Notes: generated by a model from the letters alone, not told the origin. DNA of 64,000 nucleotides from an uncultured virus (IMG/VR IMGVR_UViG_3300020037_002418) (IMGVR_UViG_3300020037_002418); one strand, 5' to 3'; shown: positions 1 through 9,178, counted from the first letter of the stretch. Numbers and translations: made by a program.

Positions 1-372
1 CGGCGGATTGCATCGAATCACTGCTTGATCGCTTGTCTTCTCGCGTTGAACTAATTGGAGCGAATCACAATGGTAACTAAGCAAGTTTGGAATGGGGTAT
101 TTGTTCCGCAGGATTACATCCCCGCAGGATACCCCAAAAATCACATGACAATCACGATTGAATTGTCCGAAACAATGCCGGACTCGTTTGTATGGGGCGG
201 ATTGGTCGCAATGGCCCCTTTCCACCAATGGCAATTGGCCGAATGGGTAGAACTGCCAGAATTGGTTCGGTAATCCCTACTCTCCCCCTAGCCTGCGATG
301 GGGGTGAGATTGAATTACCGCACTAGCAATGTTTGCTTGTGCTTTTTTTCTCGTTTCACAAAGGGCAGGACA

Positions 373-819
373 ATGGCTACCAAAATGACGGTTCAAGAGG
401 CTCGTGCTTTCTTCGCTAAGGTCAACGAGGCGGACGGGCTACCCGCCGCGATGGCGGATGCCGGTTCGGTACTCGCCGCGACCCAGGCTTTGCAAACGTC
501 CGGCATCGCTGACGCCTTTGACAAGTTCCTGGAATGGCAGGGAAAGCGGGATGCTGCTCAAAAGTCGCAGGGCAAGGCGATTGGTCGCAAGACTGAATGC
601 CCGCTGACCCATGCGGAACTTGAGTCTTTCGCTGAATCCGGCGAATCGGTGGATATCAACATGTTCGGCACCGTCGTGACTTGCACCGCACGTCGATTCA
701 ACACTGGATCGTATGGGTTCAGCGGAACGGGCAAGGCCAAGCTCAACATCGCTGGCAAGTCGGTCACGCTGCAACTGACGCCGAACTTTGCCATTGTCGG
801 TTCTGGCATGGTAAAGTAA
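373..819 (+). CDS. hypothetical early protein
   Basis: ORF with AGGA RBS before ATG 373 (MATKMT...), followed by an intrinsic terminator; C-terminal beta-rich segment RFNTGSYGFSGTGK...FAIVGS. Confidence 0.7.
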   Translation: MATKMTVQEARAFFAKVNEADGLPAAMADAGSVLAATQALQTSGIADAFDKFLEWQGKRDAAQKSQGKAIGRKTECPLTHAELESFAESGESVDINMFGTVVTCTARRFNTGSYGFSGTGKAKLNIAGKSVTLQLTPNFAIVGSGMVK

Positions 820-853
820 ATCGCAGGGCCAACGATTCAACGATCCTAAACTC

Positions 854-894
854 ACCCCCGTATCTAGCAATTGTGCTAGGTGCGGGGGTTTTTT
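854..894 (+). terminator. intrinsic terminator
   Basis: ACCCCCGTATCTAGCA-loop-TGCTAGGTGCGGGGGT hairpin followed by a T-run. Confidence 0.8.
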
Positions 895-984
895 CGTTGG
901 TGCATCGCACCGCGAAACTGTCTGATTCCCTAGGCCGGTTTTTTTCGGCCTATTAGCGGCTTCAATAGGAAGCCCAAATTCGGG

Positions 985-1095
985 CGATTCGCCGATTCGA
1001 CCGGAAGCACGATTCGCCGATTTGGTCGCAATTGCGGGCTTCCTAGCGGGCTTGCTCGCCGAATTTTCGGCATCGCTCGCGGCGATTCGCCGATT
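985..1095. repeat. three direct copies of CGATTCGCCGATT
   Basis: Exact 13-mer at 985-997, 1010-1022 and 1083-1095 in an intergenic stretch. Confidence 0.8.
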
Positions 1096-1447
1096 TTCGC
1101 CGTCAAACCGGACTGACAGACCATAGGGCAGGTCAGACTGCGGTAGATGCCAGCTAGTCACTAGCGTATAGGAGGACCGTTGCGACAGAAGGAACAACCC
1201 AGCCAACGCTATCACCTGACCTGGAAGGAACAACAACCCAATGGCAAGAGCACCACCCAGTCCATTGTTAGCCAGCACGTAAGGAGCAAGGGCACCGCGT
1301 TGTCTTGGCTCCTCAATATGAAGCCTTATATCAACGTGGAGACCGTCAAGATCAAAGCCTGGGACCGGAACTGCAAGCTATAATGCTTGCCTGTTAACTC
1401 ACCGTGCTGGGGCCTTTGTGCCCTGGCACTCATAAGGAACATGGACC

Positions 1448-1642
1448 ATGAAAGAGCCAACCGTTGCACTGTACCTGCGGATTCCGCTGTGGCTACATCA
1501 AGCCATTGAGGGGGCCGCTGATGAAAGGGGTGAATCCATTACGAGGTATTGCTATGACCTATTGACCCAACACCATCCTAAGGAACCTCAAGTTGGACGC
1601 GATGGACCGAAAGTTAGCACTCCAGACCATGAGCTGGTGTGA
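1448..1642 (+). CDS. ribbon-helix-helix (Arc/HicB-like) DNA-binding protein
   Basis: VALYLRIPLWLHQAIEGAADERGESITRYCYDLL matches the RHH pattern (beta strand, LRIP, helix, GxS helix). Confidence 0.65.
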   Translation: MKEPTVALYLRIPLWLHQAIEGAADERGESITRYCYDLLTQHHPKEPQVGRDGPKVSTPDHELV

Positions 1643-1895
1643 TCAGATCGAGCAGGCCCTGCTGGATAATGACCAGGAGACCATTGACCTGTTCCGGGGC
1701 AAGCTGGTGGCCCACTTCTCGGGTGCCGGTGAGCAGCAGATACGGGTCGCTATTGAGTGTGCTCGGGCACGTTGCCTGCAAATACTCAAGGAGGACGACG
1801 GGTAACCCATTCACCCTGGAGCACAGTGCTCCAGCAGCCCTCACGTTGGTGGGGCCTGCTGAATTACTGTCCCTAATTCACAAAGGAGTATCGAC

Positions 1896-2069
1896 ATGAC
1901 CACGCTGGATTACGTCCGTGAAATGGAGAATGACCAGGAAGATGAGCGGCAGCACGAACGGGAGCTGCAAGAGGCGGCCTGGTATGAGATGGAGGCCGAA
2001 TACGACATGGACGAGGCCGAGGATGTCCTGTGGGCCATCAAGCACGGCCTGATTGACCCTAATGCCTAG
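1896..2069 (+). CDS. small highly acidic protein (57 aa, not in the ORF track)
   Basis: AAAGGAG RBS; MTTLDYVREMENDQEDERQHERELQEAAWYEMEAEYDMDEAEDVLWAIKHGLIDPNA. Confidence 0.7.
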   Translation: MTTLDYVREMENDQEDERQHERELQEAAWYEMEAEYDMDEAEDVLWAIKHGLIDPNA

Positions 2070-2182
2070 TGGGGCCTTTGCTGTCTATCGGGCCTCATCC
2101 GCTTAGTGCGGGTGGGGCCTTTAAGTCGTTAGTGGGCAATCAGTTACGTCAACTGAGAGTCTTTCATTTAAGGAGCATCGTT

Positions 2183-2362
2183 ATGAAGATCGACATTGAA
2201 CAGATCATGGAAGCCGTGGAAGCCGACGACAACATCGGTATCTGCACCGCTTGTGGGGAGGAGCAGTTTGGCTGTGAGCCAGATGCTCGTAACTACGAAT
2301 GTGAGTGCTGTGGGGCCATGAGCGTGTTTGGGGCCGATGAGCTGTTAATCAGCCACGTCTAA
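2183..2362 (+). CDS. small Zn-finger protein
   Basis: AAGGAG RBS; CTAC...CECC motif pairs. Confidence 0.65.
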   Translation: MKIDIEQIMEAVEADDNIGICTACGEEQFGCEPDARNYECECCGAMSVFGADELLISHV

Positions 2363-2433
2363 TGCCGTATTTCATCAACTGGCCTGCCCAGCTATTCGTT
2401 GGGTATGGCACACAATCACAAAGGAGAATTGAA

Positions 2434-2673
2434 GTGGACAACAACTTGCATCACCGCATCATTCGTGGGGTTCAGGCACTAGAGGACATGGGCGATCCGG
2501 ACTCCCTCAAGATCCTCAATCTGATTGATCGGCTCTTGGCCGATGATTGGACAGGGAGCGGCGTCTATGAGGCACTGGATGGGGCCTTAAAGGCCGCAGA
2601 AGGGGACGGGGCAATTCCCCAGAGAAATACTCAGTTCGACTGTGAAATCTGTGGCAAGCCAGGTGGCCACTAA
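2434..2673 (+). CDS. hypothetical protein
   Basis: AAAGGAG RBS before GTG 2434; followed by a terminator. Confidence 0.55.
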   Translation: MDNNLHHRIIRGVQALEDMGDPDSLKILNLIDRLLADDWTGSGVYEALDGALKAAEGDGAIPQRNTQFDCEICGKPGGH

Positions 2674-2687
2674 CCGTTTATTGCTCC

Positions 2688-2726
2688 GGGGCCGTCATTC
2701 CTCACAAGGGAGTGGCGGCCCTTTTT
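2688..2726 (+). terminator. intrinsic terminator
   Basis: GGGCCGTCATTCCT-loop-GGGAGTGGCGGCCC plus TTTTT. Confidence 0.8.
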
Positions 2727-2961
2727 GCATTACTAGTTGGCTCTAAAAGCGCTCAAACCTGCGACTAACTCACAAAGGAGGTGGTCCATGAGACCATAAA
2801 CCACAGTCCACTAGAGAATTCACTTGAGAAGCAAAGCACACAGAGATCCGTAAAAGAACAGCACCTTCACCCCCTTGGCCCCGTCATCCTTCACTGGGTG
2901 TCGGGGCTTATTTTATTGACAGACTGAAGTTTATGATTCTCGTCCACCTAAAGGAGATTTT

Positions 2962-3282
2962 ATGAGTAAACCGGAAACGCTAAAGATAGACGACGTTGAA
3001 TACGTCAGAAAGGATTCGATCCAAGTGCCACCTAGCGGCAACCGTGCCGTAGTGGTCATTGACCGGGGCTGGATCTTCGCTGGTGACGTGACCGAGAAAG
3101 ACGGTCGCATCTACCTGGATCGGGCCGTGTGGCTGTTTCGGTGGGAAGGCGTGGGCTTTGATGGTGCCATCGCTGATCCTAAAAACTCCGCCGTTAAGCT
3201 ACGAAAGATGAAGAACCGCGTCGAACTGCCGGCAGATGCGGAAATCTTCCGTATACCCGTCCAGGCCGATTGGGGCCTGTAA
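2962..3282 (+). CDS. conserved phage protein (DUF6948-like)
   Basis: LKIDDVEYVRKD...VVIDRGWIFAG...LFRW pattern; AAAGGAG RBS; TAATG-coupled to the Gly-rich ORF. Confidence 0.65.
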   Translation: MSKPETLKIDDVEYVRKDSIQVPPSGNRAVVVIDRGWIFAGDVTEKDGRIYLDRAVWLFRWEGVGFDGAIADPKNSAVKLRKMKNRVELPADAEIFRIPVQADWGL

Positions 3283-3512
3283 TGGAAACAAGCACAATCA
3301 CTAAGCCAGTTGGCTTTGGCTATGGCAGTGGCAATGGCTATGGCTATGGCTATGGCTATGGCAGTGGCTATGGCAGTGGCTATGGCGATGGCGATGGCAA
3401 TGGCAATGGCGATGGCTATGGCGATGGCAATGGCTATGGCAATGGCTATGGCTATGGCTATGGCAGTGGCTATGGCACAGTGAATATCCATAGCCGTCGC
3501 AGAAGAAGTTAA
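3282..3512 (+). CDS. Gly/Tyr-rich repeat protein
   Basis: Tandem GGC-NNT hexamers at about 3318-3476 encode GYGYGSGDGNG repeats. Confidence 0.7.
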   Translation: METSTITKPVGFGYGSGNGYGYGYGYGSGYGSGYGDGDGNGNGDGYGDGNGYGNGYGYGYGSGYGTVNIHSRRRRS

Positions 3513-3517
3513 TAACT

Positions 3518-3557
3518 GGCCCGCACTCGCCTTAAATGGCCGGTGCGGGCCTTTTTT
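3518..3557 (+). terminator. intrinsic terminator
   Basis: GGCCCGCAC...GTGCGGGCC plus TTTTTT. Confidence 0.8.
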
Positions 3558-3766
3558 GTTGGTCCATCGTCTATTTCACAAAGGAGCATTACCGTGGGAA
3601 CCCCTAAGACCAAAGCCATTAAGGCCCGAAGGTATCGTGTCACAGCGGACACAGCCAATGGGAACTTCCATCGCGTCTACACACTATCCGCCAGGAACAA
3701 GGCGGAGGCAGCTAAGCTCGTCATGGGCCAGTTGACACCGGCTAAGAAGCCAATGGTCACCTGTCT

Positions 3767-3795
3767 CAAAACGGCCTAGTCAGGCCGATTTCCCC
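3767..3795 (+). repeat. dispersed dyad element copy 1 (CAAAACGGCC-N6-GGCCGATTTCCCC)
   Basis: Same motif at 7404, 21526, 34596(-), 39919(-), 44668 and 57317(-). Confidence 0.8.
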
Positions 3796-3822
3796 TCTAC
3801 TGGGTGGTTATAAGGAGCGAGT

Positions 3823-4047
3823 ATGAGTGATACAGAGCTTTTGGATTGGCTGGAGAAGCAGGACGGGGCCGCTCTTGTCAATGACGATGCTGGCCGTTGG
3901 TCTGTTTCCTTTGACGGGATGCAGAATGTCCCTGGGGAGGAGCCATCTGACATCCAGACAACCTTCTTCATTGAAGCGGCTGCTTGGAAGCCCTCCATTC
4001 GTGAGGCTATCCAGGCTGCTATTGATGACGAAAAGGAGCAATCATGA
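3823..4047 (+). CDS. hypothetical phage protein
   Basis: AAGGAG RBS; MSDTELLDWLE...SIREAIQAAI pattern common in phage small proteins. Confidence 0.65.
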   Translation: MSDTELLDWLEKQDGAALVNDDAGRWSVSFDGMQNVPGEEPSDIQTTFFIEAAAWKPSIREAIQAAIDDEKEQS

Positions 4048-4301
4048 CCTACGAGGAGCTGTATGAGGCGTGCAAGCTGTCCCATTTGCCGCTGCGGGTG
4101 GCTTATGTGCCAGGTCACGCCGAAGGGAACCTGGAGCATCCCGATGTGGACTGGGGCTATATCAGCTCTATGACCAAGGAGGGAAGCCTGGGAGAAATGG
4201 TGTTCGTCAAGTTCGACAAATACCTCAAGCACTTAGGCTGGAGTGGCACGCAGGGCCAATCCTGCTCCCCTCAAAGCCTCGTTATTGGGAGTCCACAATA
4301 A
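4044..4301 (+). CDS. hypothetical protein
   Basis: ATGA overlap with the upstream ORF; followed by a terminator. Confidence 0.6.
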   Translation: MTYEELYEACKLSHLPLRVAYVPGHAEGNLEHPDVDWGYISSMTKEGSLGEMVFVKFDKYLKHLGWSGTQGQSCSPQSLVIGSPQ

Positions 4302-4310
4302 AACCAATCT

Positions 4311-4346
4311 GGCCTCCTTGTCCTTCCTTGGGCAGGGAGGCCTTTT
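4311..4346 (+). terminator. intrinsic terminator
   Basis: GGCCTCCTTGTCC...GGGCAGGGAGGCC plus TTTT. Confidence 0.75.
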
Positions 4347-4380
4347 CTTATTCCCCTCATCCCAATCAGGAGCCATAGAC

Positions 4381-4629
4381 ATGATTGAGCGAGAGATCGA
4401 GCTAGAAGACTTCCAGGAGGCCCTGGAGAGCGTTCGGGTCAATGACCTATTCCGAGTGCGGATGCAGTACCAAAGTGCCGCCAAGGAGCTTAGAGATGCC
4501 CTCTGCACGGTATTTGACCATCTGCACAATAAGCTCAACATCCCAGCGGATGATTGCTGCAAGTTGGTGATCTATAACGCCCTGGTGGCTCTCATGAGCA
4601 CCCCGGAATACGAACCCTCTAATCCTTAA
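4381..4629 (+). CDS. hypothetical protein
   Basis: AGGAG RBS before ATG 4381. Confidence 0.55.
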   Translation: MIEREIELEDFQEALESVRVNDLFRVRMQYQSAAKELRDALCTVFDHLHNKLNIPADDCCKLVIYNALVALMSTPEYEPSNP

Positions 4630-4641
4630 AGGGAGAAGCGG

Positions 4642-4929
4642 ATGAAGAAGCGAGCGTTCACATTGGTCGAGCTGTTGGTGCTGATCTGCATCATCGGCGT
4701 GCTGGTGGCCCTCACATTGCCAGCCATATTTGCTGTGCAGAAGCAGGTACAGGCGGCACCAGCCCCACCAGAACCCTATCGGTATGTCGCCACCATCCGC
4801 TCGGGGCCTCTTGTGTGGGAACTCACCCACGAAGGGAATAGGTACCTGGTCGTCCGGTACGGTGATGGTGTGTCGATCTGTCCTGCCCTACCCCCTAAAG
4901 CCGAGAAGGAGCCAGGTCATGCTGAGTGA
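4642..4929 (+). CDS. prepilin-type N-terminal cleavage/methylation domain protein
   Basis: MKKRAFTLVELLVLICIIGVLVALTLPA is a type IV prepilin N-methylation motif. Confidence 0.8.
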   Translation: MKKRAFTLVELLVLICIIGVLVALTLPAIFAVQKQVQAAPAPPEPYRYVATIRSGPLVWELTHEGNRYLVVRYGDGVSICPALPPKAEKEPGHAE

Positions 4930-5167
4930 ACGAGCGACAGGCAGCTTGGAGTGCTTCGTCAAAATAGTGCAGGAGTCCAAGCTCATGGATAAGGTCCAAG
5001 AATTGGGCCCCGTGAAGGTCTTAGACGTGATCCTGAACCAGAATGCCCGCATCCACCCTGATATCGACCGGGAACTGATCGCTAATCGTGAGGAAGCCGA
5101 GAAGTACCTCGGGGCTCTACTTGGCATGATGTGAACCACTTACCTTTCTTTCAATCAGGAGCAACAC

Positions 5168-5566
5168 ATGAAGCGTATTACCCCCGAAGAGGTCGTTCAG
5201 GCTTACGAGAGAACCGGACTTAAGCCCTGCTTCTCGCAGTGGTCGGATGAGGGCCAGGGGTGCGGACTACATGCCCTAGGAATGGCTCTCGGCAAGGGAT
5301 CGCTTAATGGGTCCTTTCAGGCAGCCGTCGCACTCGATCTCAGTAGCTGGTACGTCCTCGGATTCATTACTGGGTTTGACAATGGATCTAAATGGTGGGG
5401 CACTGAAGCTGAAGGCAGAATAATGATGGACGGATATGTCGATGGCCAGAAGGCCCGCAAGGCTGTACTGGCCTACATGGAGCAAGGAGTGGCTCCGACC
5501 GTTCAACTCGCTGCTGAGGCCCTCTCCGTGGCTCCAGTGCCATCTAATGAGGCCGTAGCGTCGTAA
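5168..5566 (+). CDS. hypothetical protein
   Basis: AGGAG RBS; phage-like codon usage. Confidence 0.6.
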   Translation: MKRITPEEVVQAYERTGLKPCFSQWSDEGQGCGLHALGMALGKGSLNGSFQAAVALDLSSWYVLGFITGFDNGSKWWGTEAEGRIMMDGYVDGQKARKAVLAYMEQGVAPTVQLAAEALSVAPVPSNEAVAS

Positions 5567-5647
5567 GACAGCCCGCAAGGTTACCCAGTCGCAGTTACGC
5601 TCTCTGCTGCTGGGTAGCTTTATGTGCTCTCTACGAAGGAATTAGCC

Positions 5648-5941
5648 ATGACTTTTACCATTCGAGACCTGCTCTTTGGCACCGCTGTGGCCGCCCTCTT
5701 GGTGGCTCGGTGGCTCGATCAGGCCGCTACTCGGGAACGGGAGCTAGTGATCGAGAGGATGGCTCGCTACATCGACGACCGCTTCCGTGACCACGTTCTG
5801 GTGATGGACGGGTGGGCCGCTTATGTGGACAGGCGGCTCGATGAAGACGGGAAGCACGATGCGATGGTCCAGAGTGTGATCTCCACCATGCAGACCGATA
5901 TTGGGGCTTTAGAGGGGAAATGGCCCAAGCGGAAGCCCTAG
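5648..5941 (+). CDS. membrane-anchored protein with a planctomycete-type FxIRDLL N-terminus
   Basis: MTFTIRDLLFGTAVAALLVARW; AAGGA RBS. Confidence 0.6.
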   Translation: MTFTIRDLLFGTAVAALLVARWLDQAATRERELVIERMARYIDDRFRDHVLVMDGWAAYVDRRLDEDGKHDAMVQSVISTMQTDIGALEGKWPKRKP

Positions 5942-6184
5942 AAGCTTCGCACTAAAGATTGGAACTCCCGATCTATCAACGGCTGATCGGGATCACCCCG
6001 ATAGCGTCTCTTGCTCTTCTTTGAAGGTGAAGGGCGGCGGGTCTTTCGATGCTGACGAGGGGCTGGCTGTTTAGCGGCCCTTTTCGCCGCCCGCTTCTTC
6101 AGGAACTCACGAAAGGCGGCATCCGCCTCCTTCTGGGCCCTAATACTGCTATTCCAAGGCATCTCAACGGCTCCTAACCGGTAA

Positions 6185-6700
6185 CTGGGTGAGGGGACTC
6201 CTCAATCGTCCCCACTCTCAATGGGAATGCTTCAACAGGATCGCCTGCTTAAGAGGATGACCTGTTTACGCACCTCCACCTAATGAATTAGGTCAGATCA
6301 TCGTCATCTTCTCGAATCCCAGCCTTTTGAGCTGAGAGAATCTTTGAACAGGCCAACTCTGGGTAGGGGCGGGCCTCCCCGCTTTCCCCAAAGCAGCTTT
6401 ACCTCAGATTCCGGTACTTTGGTGGTCGGCCTGGCTCTTTGAGTCCCATGAATTACCGATCTGCCCGTAAGCAGAACTCCATGAGGCTCTAGGCGGGGCT
6501 TTCATTTCACCGCTGGAGAAGCAACTACCCATCAAGTGGGAACGACCTGTTGGTAAACGACAACACCCTACGAACCTTGCGGCTAATAGGGTGTTGCGTA
6601 AGCCAGGTATCTGAGGCCAGGCCGTCGGAGATCCGCTGTACGGAATGAGTGTCTGGTTATTAGAGGCCACGTCCATGTGGCTTATCTCCGACGAAACTAA
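6185..6700 (+). ncRNA. candidate long structured non-coding RNA
   Basis: No convincing ORF; complementary pairs 6252-61/6303-12, 6402-09/6609-16, 6561-70/6587-96 and 6623-32/6684-93. Confidence 0.4.
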
Positions 6701-6890
6701 TGAACCTCAGATGTAAGAATCTTAAATCCGTCCCCTATCTAGGAGCAAGCCCATGTTGGAAGAAATTATTGGTGCCTTCATCGTGGTCGGCGTGGTGATG
6801 TTCGTTTTGAACCTCGCTTTTGCCGCCCTCTGCCTCGTTTGTAGTGCCTTCACCACCAAAAAGGATTAGTCCTCATAAAGGGTCACACTC

Positions 6891-7130
6891 ATGGCCAATA
6901 AGTACTCCCCAGCATCTAAGGAGGCCCGGGAAGCAGTCAGGCGTCTAAGGGCCTGTGAGTCCAAGGTGGCCTATGAAACCCCCGAGGAGGCCTTCCAGAA
7001 GGGCCAGACCTACTACCAATGCCGGTACTGTGGCCAATACCACCGCTCCGGTAAGTTCGCCACCCTGCTGGCTAAAGCAGGTAACCCCCATCGTCTCAAA
7101 GGAGCGTCCAAATGGACCAAAAGGAGCTGA
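6891..7130 (+). CDS. small basic Zn-binding protein
   Basis: CESK.AY....EA...YYQCRYCGQYH pattern. Confidence 0.55.
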   Translation: MANKYSPASKEAREAVRRLRACESKVAYETPEEAFQKGQTYYQCRYCGQYHRSGKFATLLAKAGNPHRLKGASKWTKRS

Positions 7131-7403
7131 CATGATCACCCAAGAAATGGCCACCATTCGGGCCTTATGGCTCACCTTCCTGGATGTGACGGCCAGTGTC
7201 GCCGCTGTCGTGTGCTGGTTCTACGGCTATTGGGGCCTCGGGTGCTTCCTGTGGCTCCTCTCCGAGATCTGGAACATGAACCGCATCCAATACCTGCTGT
7301 TTGCCTCTAAAGGGCAGGTAGCGTTGTGGGACGGCTCCTGGCCCTGGTGCGAAGCCTGTAAGAGCTATCACCACCCCAAGAACCCTACCTGCAAGGCCTA
7401 ACC

Positions 7404-7432
7404 CAAAACGGCCTACGTTGGCCGATTTCCCC
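7404..7432 (+). repeat. dispersed dyad element copy 2
   Basis: CAAAACGGCCTACGTTGGCCGATTTCCCC. Confidence 0.8.
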
Positions 7433-7472
7433 TTAACCGAGGGGTCTTATTCGTCATTCAGAAGGAGAACGC

Positions 7473-7793
7473 ATGAAGAATCGCATATGGGATAAAGAGA
7501 AGGATGACGACACCATCCGAGAGCAAACCGTTATGGCCGTGAAGGTCAGCCAGCCAATTGGGCAGCTCTTCGTGGGTGAGTGTCCGATTGTCGTAGAGGA
7601 CGAGGAATCTGCTCGGGCTGCCTGTGAATGGGGCTGCAAGAACGTCCTCAGGCAGCTTTTAGAGAAAGGCCTCGACACCGAGGAGGCTATGAAGATCACG
7701 AAGGAGTATGGGGAGCGGCAATTCAAGGAGATGATCAAGGCCCTTATCCATCACACCGATCAGGATGTGAAGAAGCGGGCCAGTTGGAACTGA
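7473..7793 (+). CDS. hypothetical protein
   Basis: AAGGAG RBS; ends KKRASWN. Confidence 0.6.
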   Translation: MKNRIWDKEKDDDTIREQTVMAVKVSQPIGQLFVGECPIVVEDEESARAACEWGCKNVLRQLLEKGLDTEEAMKITKEYGERQFKEMIKALIHHTDQDVKKRASWN

Positions 7794-7801
7794 GTTTGGT
7801 A

Positions 7802-7873
7802 ACAGTCATGGTGTAATTGGATAACATCTGCTCCGAGTGGGTGGAGATGCGGGTTCGAATCCCGCTGGCTGTT
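7802..7873 (+). tRNA. degenerate tRNA-like gene (anticodon uncertain, possibly a pseudo-tRNA)
   Basis: Acceptor ACAGTCA/TGGCTGT, D arm GTGT-AATTGGATA-ACAT, T arm GCGGG-TTCGAAT-CCCGC; anticodon arm weak (G-U rich, no U33); no encoded CCA. Confidence 0.55.
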
Positions 7874-7903
7874 CTTCCGTCACTTAACTAAGGAGTATTC
7901 GTC

Positions 7904-8080
7904 ATGCGATGGAACGCTGAAGAAATCGACTCGTTTCTGTGGTCATTGATTATCACCGTAGCGGTGGTGCTCATTGGCCTGACCTGTTGTGGGTGTGCCT
8001 CGGAGCGGGTCAGCCGTGTCAAAGCCACCTACCAACCTGATTCCCATTCCGTCTCTGTCGAACTGGAGCTCTCCCGATGA
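7904..8080 (+). CDS. small putative lipoprotein or membrane protein (not in the ORF track)
   Basis: AAGGAG RBS; hydrophobic helix followed by LTCCGCAS lipobox-like segment. Confidence 0.5.
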   Translation: MRWNAEEIDSFLWSLIITVAVVLIGLTCCGCASERVSRVKATYQPDSHSVSVELELSR

Positions 8081-8370
8081 TCAATCGCTTACCGCCTGAA
8101 CCGCCCCACGTCCCACCTATCGACTCCTCCTTTAAGGTGATGTTCCAGAACTACCTGGAGCACGCCTACTGTGGGGACGTCGATAAGCTGCCCGATCACA
8201 TGGTGGGCCAGCTCCGAGCCACCTTCATGGCCGGCTGCCTGATGGCCTTAGGCCGCACCCTACACGCCATCACAGACAATCCCTCTCCCCAAGGGGCTGA
8301 GAAGGCCATTAAGGCCATGCGGCATGAGCTGGAGGCTTACTCCAAGCAGGTCGAGAAAGGAGTCCTGTGA
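8077..8370 (+). CDS. hypothetical phage protein
   Basis: ATGA coupling; QLRATFMAGC motif. Confidence 0.55.
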   Translation: MINRLPPEPPHVPPIDSSFKVMFQNYLEHAYCGDVDKLPDHMVGQLRATFMAGCLMALGRTLHAITDNPSPQGAEKAIKAMRHELEAYSKQVEKGVL

Positions 8371-8886
8371 TGCGATACGGAGGCTCTGTCGAGATCCAAG
8401 ACGTCACGGCCATCACCCCGGATATCTATATCGGGGCATATGGCAAATGGAGCGGCCACCGCTTGAGTGACAACGTGCTCATCGAGGTCGAGGGCACCAT
8501 CACGGCTATCCGTGAGGCCCATTGGGCCTTACTAACCATCCAAACTGCGGACGGCATCTCCCGCATCCGAGTTATGTAGGAACCGCGATCAAGCGGCGTA
8601 CATTCACCCAACTAATGATGTTTGTTGGGGCGTTGAACATCGAACGTCTTGTACGCCGCTCCTTCCTGGTCCCTCGTCTCAGGAGCAAGCTGTGGCCAAA
8701 AGGAGACAGCAAAGTTGGTTAATCCTCTACTACCTGCCAGGTATCAAGGAGAAGCAGTACATTCAGACCCCCATGTACCGATTCCCTTGGGAATGCCGCA
8801 TGTGGCTACTCAATCAAAAACCATCGGCTGACATTGTTTCCGTTCAGCCGTACCGTTCCATGGCATTACCTCGTTAAGGAGCAAAC

Positions 8887-9150
8887 ATGAAGCCCAAGCG
8901 TGACGTGACCGCCATGCTTCAAGGGGAGTTAGATAAGCTCACTCTTGATGACCTGACGGTCACCACAGCGATGCACTCTGATATGAAGATCAAGATCCAT
9001 GAGCTCATCATCAACTACGCCAAGGGTGTGGAAAAGCGTGGGGAGCGTTTTGACCTGACTAAGCACGAGTTCGGTCAGCTCGTAGTCCTGGAGGGCCTGA
9101 TCATCATGTCCGCTGCCCGCACGGCTGAAAGCCACCACACTAATAACTAA
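8887..9150 (+). CDS. hypothetical protein
   Basis: AAGGAG RBS. Confidence 0.55.
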   Translation: MKPKRDVTAMLQGELDKLTLDDLTVTTAMHSDMKIKIHELIINYAKGVEKRGERFDLTKHEFGQLVVLEGLIIMSAARTAESHHTNN

Positions 9151-9178
9151 CCCCATTCGTCACACTCAGGAGCCAGAT

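Noticed and set aside
439..1278. 279-aa - strand ORF
   Set aside because: It crosses a + strand gene, its terminator and the repeat tract, and has no recognisable motifs
3318..3476. Possible CRISPR array
   Set aside because: It is a 6-nt coding microsatellite with no repeat-spacer structure, and no cas genes or arrays were seen in the window
3111..3491. ORF with a long AIAIAI repeat on the - strand
   Set aside because: It is the antisense shadow of the Gly-Tyr hexamer repeat gene, which has coupling and terminator support on +
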